From: Prevotellaceae bacterium UBA4301
GTDB taxonomy: Bacteria > Bacteroidota > Bacteroidia > Bacteroidales > Bacteroidaceae
DNA length: 64,000 nt
NCBI GenBank assembly: GCA_002395775.1
Contig: DGUV01000075.1
Location: 30,677-94,676 of the forward strand
Direction of reading: 5' to 3'
Of the stretch, positions 62,378-64,000 are shown piece by piece. Both the position numbers and the translations under genes were made by a program. The notes under the pieces were generated by a model. The model was not told the DNA's origin. It was given only the letters and a program-made list of their open reading frames with translations, and did no database searches. Within the stretch, counting starts at the first letter, position 1. Every line of letters starts with the position of its first letter.

Positions 62378-64000
62378 CTATTTTATCACCACCTTCCGAC
62401 CGTCTATGATGTAGAGGCCGGGCTTCAGGTTACCATTTCCAAGGCGCCGTCCGCTGAGGTCGTAGCATTTTCCATCCATCCATCTTCCATTCAATGACTC
62501 GCTGGGAGCAGACACAGCCTCTATGCCATCGATGATGACGTCGTCCTGTTTCTGACCGAAGTTCAGGCAGAAGACACCCTTCGAGAGGTCCCATGCATCG
62601 CCGTCGGGGCCGAAGCCCGAGCGCAGACCCGTATTGCCGTTGGAGGTGATGTCCTGAACGTCGCCGCCCGTCTGGTTGAAGGGGTAGTAGAGCAGGAGGT
62701 AGTAGTTGACATGGCTGCCGGAGATGTATTCCTCATAGTCCTCAAGCGGCTGGTTGCAGAAGCCCTGGATGAGTGTCTGCGTGAGGGTGCAGCGCCAAAC
62801 GCGGAACTCGTCGATGCTGCCCGTCATCTGGGCCGACGAGGTGCCGATGCTGAAGGACGAGGGCCTTGACAGGGTGGAGCCTGCGCCTGTGACGGAGGTC
62901 ACCTGCTTGCCGTCGCGATAGAACTTGACCGTGCCCTTGTTATAGACCACGGCATAGTGGTGCCACTGGCCGGCGATGACGAATCCCGAGGCACTCTTCA
63001 CCGAACGGTTGGCATTGTGGAAGTACATGACTCCGTCGGCATCGGTGCGCAACATGAAGGTGCTGGTGGTCTGGCCTATGCCCAGGCAGTAGCTGCTCAG
63101 TTTGCTGGGATTCATCCACCAGTCGAGGGTGAGCACCGTGGTGGATTCCTCCTCAAAGAGGGGTTTCGAAAGGGTGACCTGCGCGGCACTCTGACTGAAG
63201 GAGAGCCCGTTGTGGGAGTCGGCATTGGTGACGATGAGGGCTCTTTCCTGGGTCTTGGAGTTCGTGCCTCGGGCATTGGTAGCCTTGAGGGTGATGTCGT
63301 AGATGCCGGGTTCCTCGGGCGTGAAACGGAAGGTCTCACCGCCCTGCACGATGGTCTTCTGCACGGTGCCGGCAAGGGTCCATTCCAGGCTGGTGGGATT
63401 GTGGCGCGACCTGTTGCTGAGATTCACCGACTCGCCCTTCAGTATGACAGGTTCCGAAACTGCGAAGTCGGCCTCCGGGGCCACCTCCGTCACCTCCACG
63501 GTCTTGCTCTGCCGGGCAGTCTGTCCCGAGGGCGTGGTCACCACAAGTGTCACCTCGTAGGTGCCTGCCCGCTGATAGGAGGCTCCGGCGGTGAGGGTGC
63601 TGGCCGTCTCAACCTCGGCACCCGGCATCTGCCACTGATAGGCATAGCCGCTGACGGGATGGAGCACCGAGAAACTGATGCGGTCGCCGCTGGCCACGCT
63701 GGTGGCAGTGGCCGAGAACTGGGCATCGGGCTTGGGCGAGGAGCCCACGGTGATGGTGCGCGTGGCCGTGATTTCGCGGGCCACGCCTTCGGTGCCGTCG
63801 GCCTCGTAGTCGTAGCCGGTCACGCTCACTTCATACTCCCCTGGCTTGTCAAAAGTCAGCGAGGGGGAGGTTATCTTCCAGCCGCTGATGTCGAGGGCCG
63901 GAACGTTCCAGACGAGGGTGCGTATGCCATCGCCGCGCGTGGTGGTGAGGGTGACGGGAATGCCTGCGCACACTTCCTCTGTGGGTTCGTTGATGGAGAG
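62378..64000 (-). CDS. Secreted PKD-repeat / LamG-like protein with a T9SS C-terminal sorting domain (5' end outside the window)
   Basis: The ORF is open to the window edge. It has repeated PKD-like modules (YEVTLVVTT, YDITLKATN), a concanavalin/LamG-like region (WHHYAVVYNKGTVKFYRDG) and a CTD ending in GLYIIDGRKVVIK. Confidence 0.7.
   Translation of the reverse strand, partial: LSINEPTEEVCAGIPVTLTTTRGDGIRTLVWNVPALDISGWKITSPSLTFDKPGEYEVSVTGYDYEADGTEGVAREITATRTITVGSSPKPDAQFSATATSVASGDRISFSVLHPVSGYAYQWQMPGAEVETASTLTAGASYQRAGTYEVTLVVTTPSGQTARQSKTVEVTEVAPEADFAVSEPVILKGESVNLSNRSRHNPTSLEWTLAGTVQKTIVQGGETFRFTPEEPGIYDITLKATNARGTNSKTQERALIVTNADSHNGLSFSQSAAQVTLSKPLFEEESTTVLTLDWWMNPSKLSSYCLGIGQTTSTFMLRTDADGVMYFHNANRSVKSASGFVIAGQWHHYAVVYNKGTVKFYRDGKQVTSVTGAGSTLSRPSSFSIGTSSAQMTGSIDEFRVWRCTLTQTLIQGFCNQPLEDYEEYISGSHVNYYLLLYYPFNQTGGDVQDITSNGNTGLRSGFGPDGDAWDLSKGVFCLNFGQKQDDVIIDGIEAVSAPSESLNGRWMDGKCYDLSGRRLGNGNLKPGLYIIDGRKVVIK

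Overview
This window looks like a chromosomal segment from a Bacteroidota genome, probably Prevotellaceae-like. The evidence is TAnnTTTG -7 promoter boxes in front of many genes, T9SS C-terminal sorting domains, lipoprotein signal peptides and a TPP-riboswitch/TonB/PnuC operon.

Most of the window is GC-rich core genome:
- Hemicellulose enzymes: GH51 arabinofuranosidase, GH115, and a tandem SGNH esterase.
- Housekeeping genes: radA, lpxH, radC, efp, rpmH, rluD, ddl, mnmA, xth, and an etfBA-acd operon.
- Transporters: Na/Pi, BASS, PnuC-family, and SMR.
- Two secreted dockerin-bearing proteins, one of them 2231 aa.

There is no rRNA, tRNA or CRISPR array.

The most striking thing I can see directly is the density of short repeat families. 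I label them A to D.
- (A) GC-rich palindromic arms of about 35 nt. They often occur as inverted doublets of 125-145 bp. They sit between cistrons and also in-frame inside at least seven conserved genes: radA (three sites), radC, an acyltransferase, mnmA, the PnuC-family gene and the TonB receptor.
- (B) Promoter-like modules joined to a hairpin, duplicated in front of real promoters.
- (C) A roughly 45-nt element. It lies in-frame in an oxidoreductase gene, and a filled and an empty site can be seen side by side inside family B copies.
- (D) TAACTCC/GGAGTTA modules whose hairpin stems carry compensatory changes. They bracket a four-helix-bundle (23S IVS / Avd-like) gene.

Other notable items:
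- A RAYT-like HUH (Y1) transposase homologue carries an internal palindromic repeat insert. It is followed by a 140-bp dyad array of 22-bp-spaced CCAAT boxes.
- Small accessory islets hold VapD with a small upstream ORF, a YoeB toxin-antitoxin (TA) pair, and a GxxExxY gene flanked by 207-bp direct repeats.
- An AT-rich island of about 5.7 kb (55.76-61.5 kb) holds three copies of a GC-rich Rhs/YD-repeat fragment. These alternate with small lipoprotein and membrane ORFs, as in an orphan toxin-remnant/immunity array.

All calls come from reading the sequence and ORF translations by eye. No database search was run.
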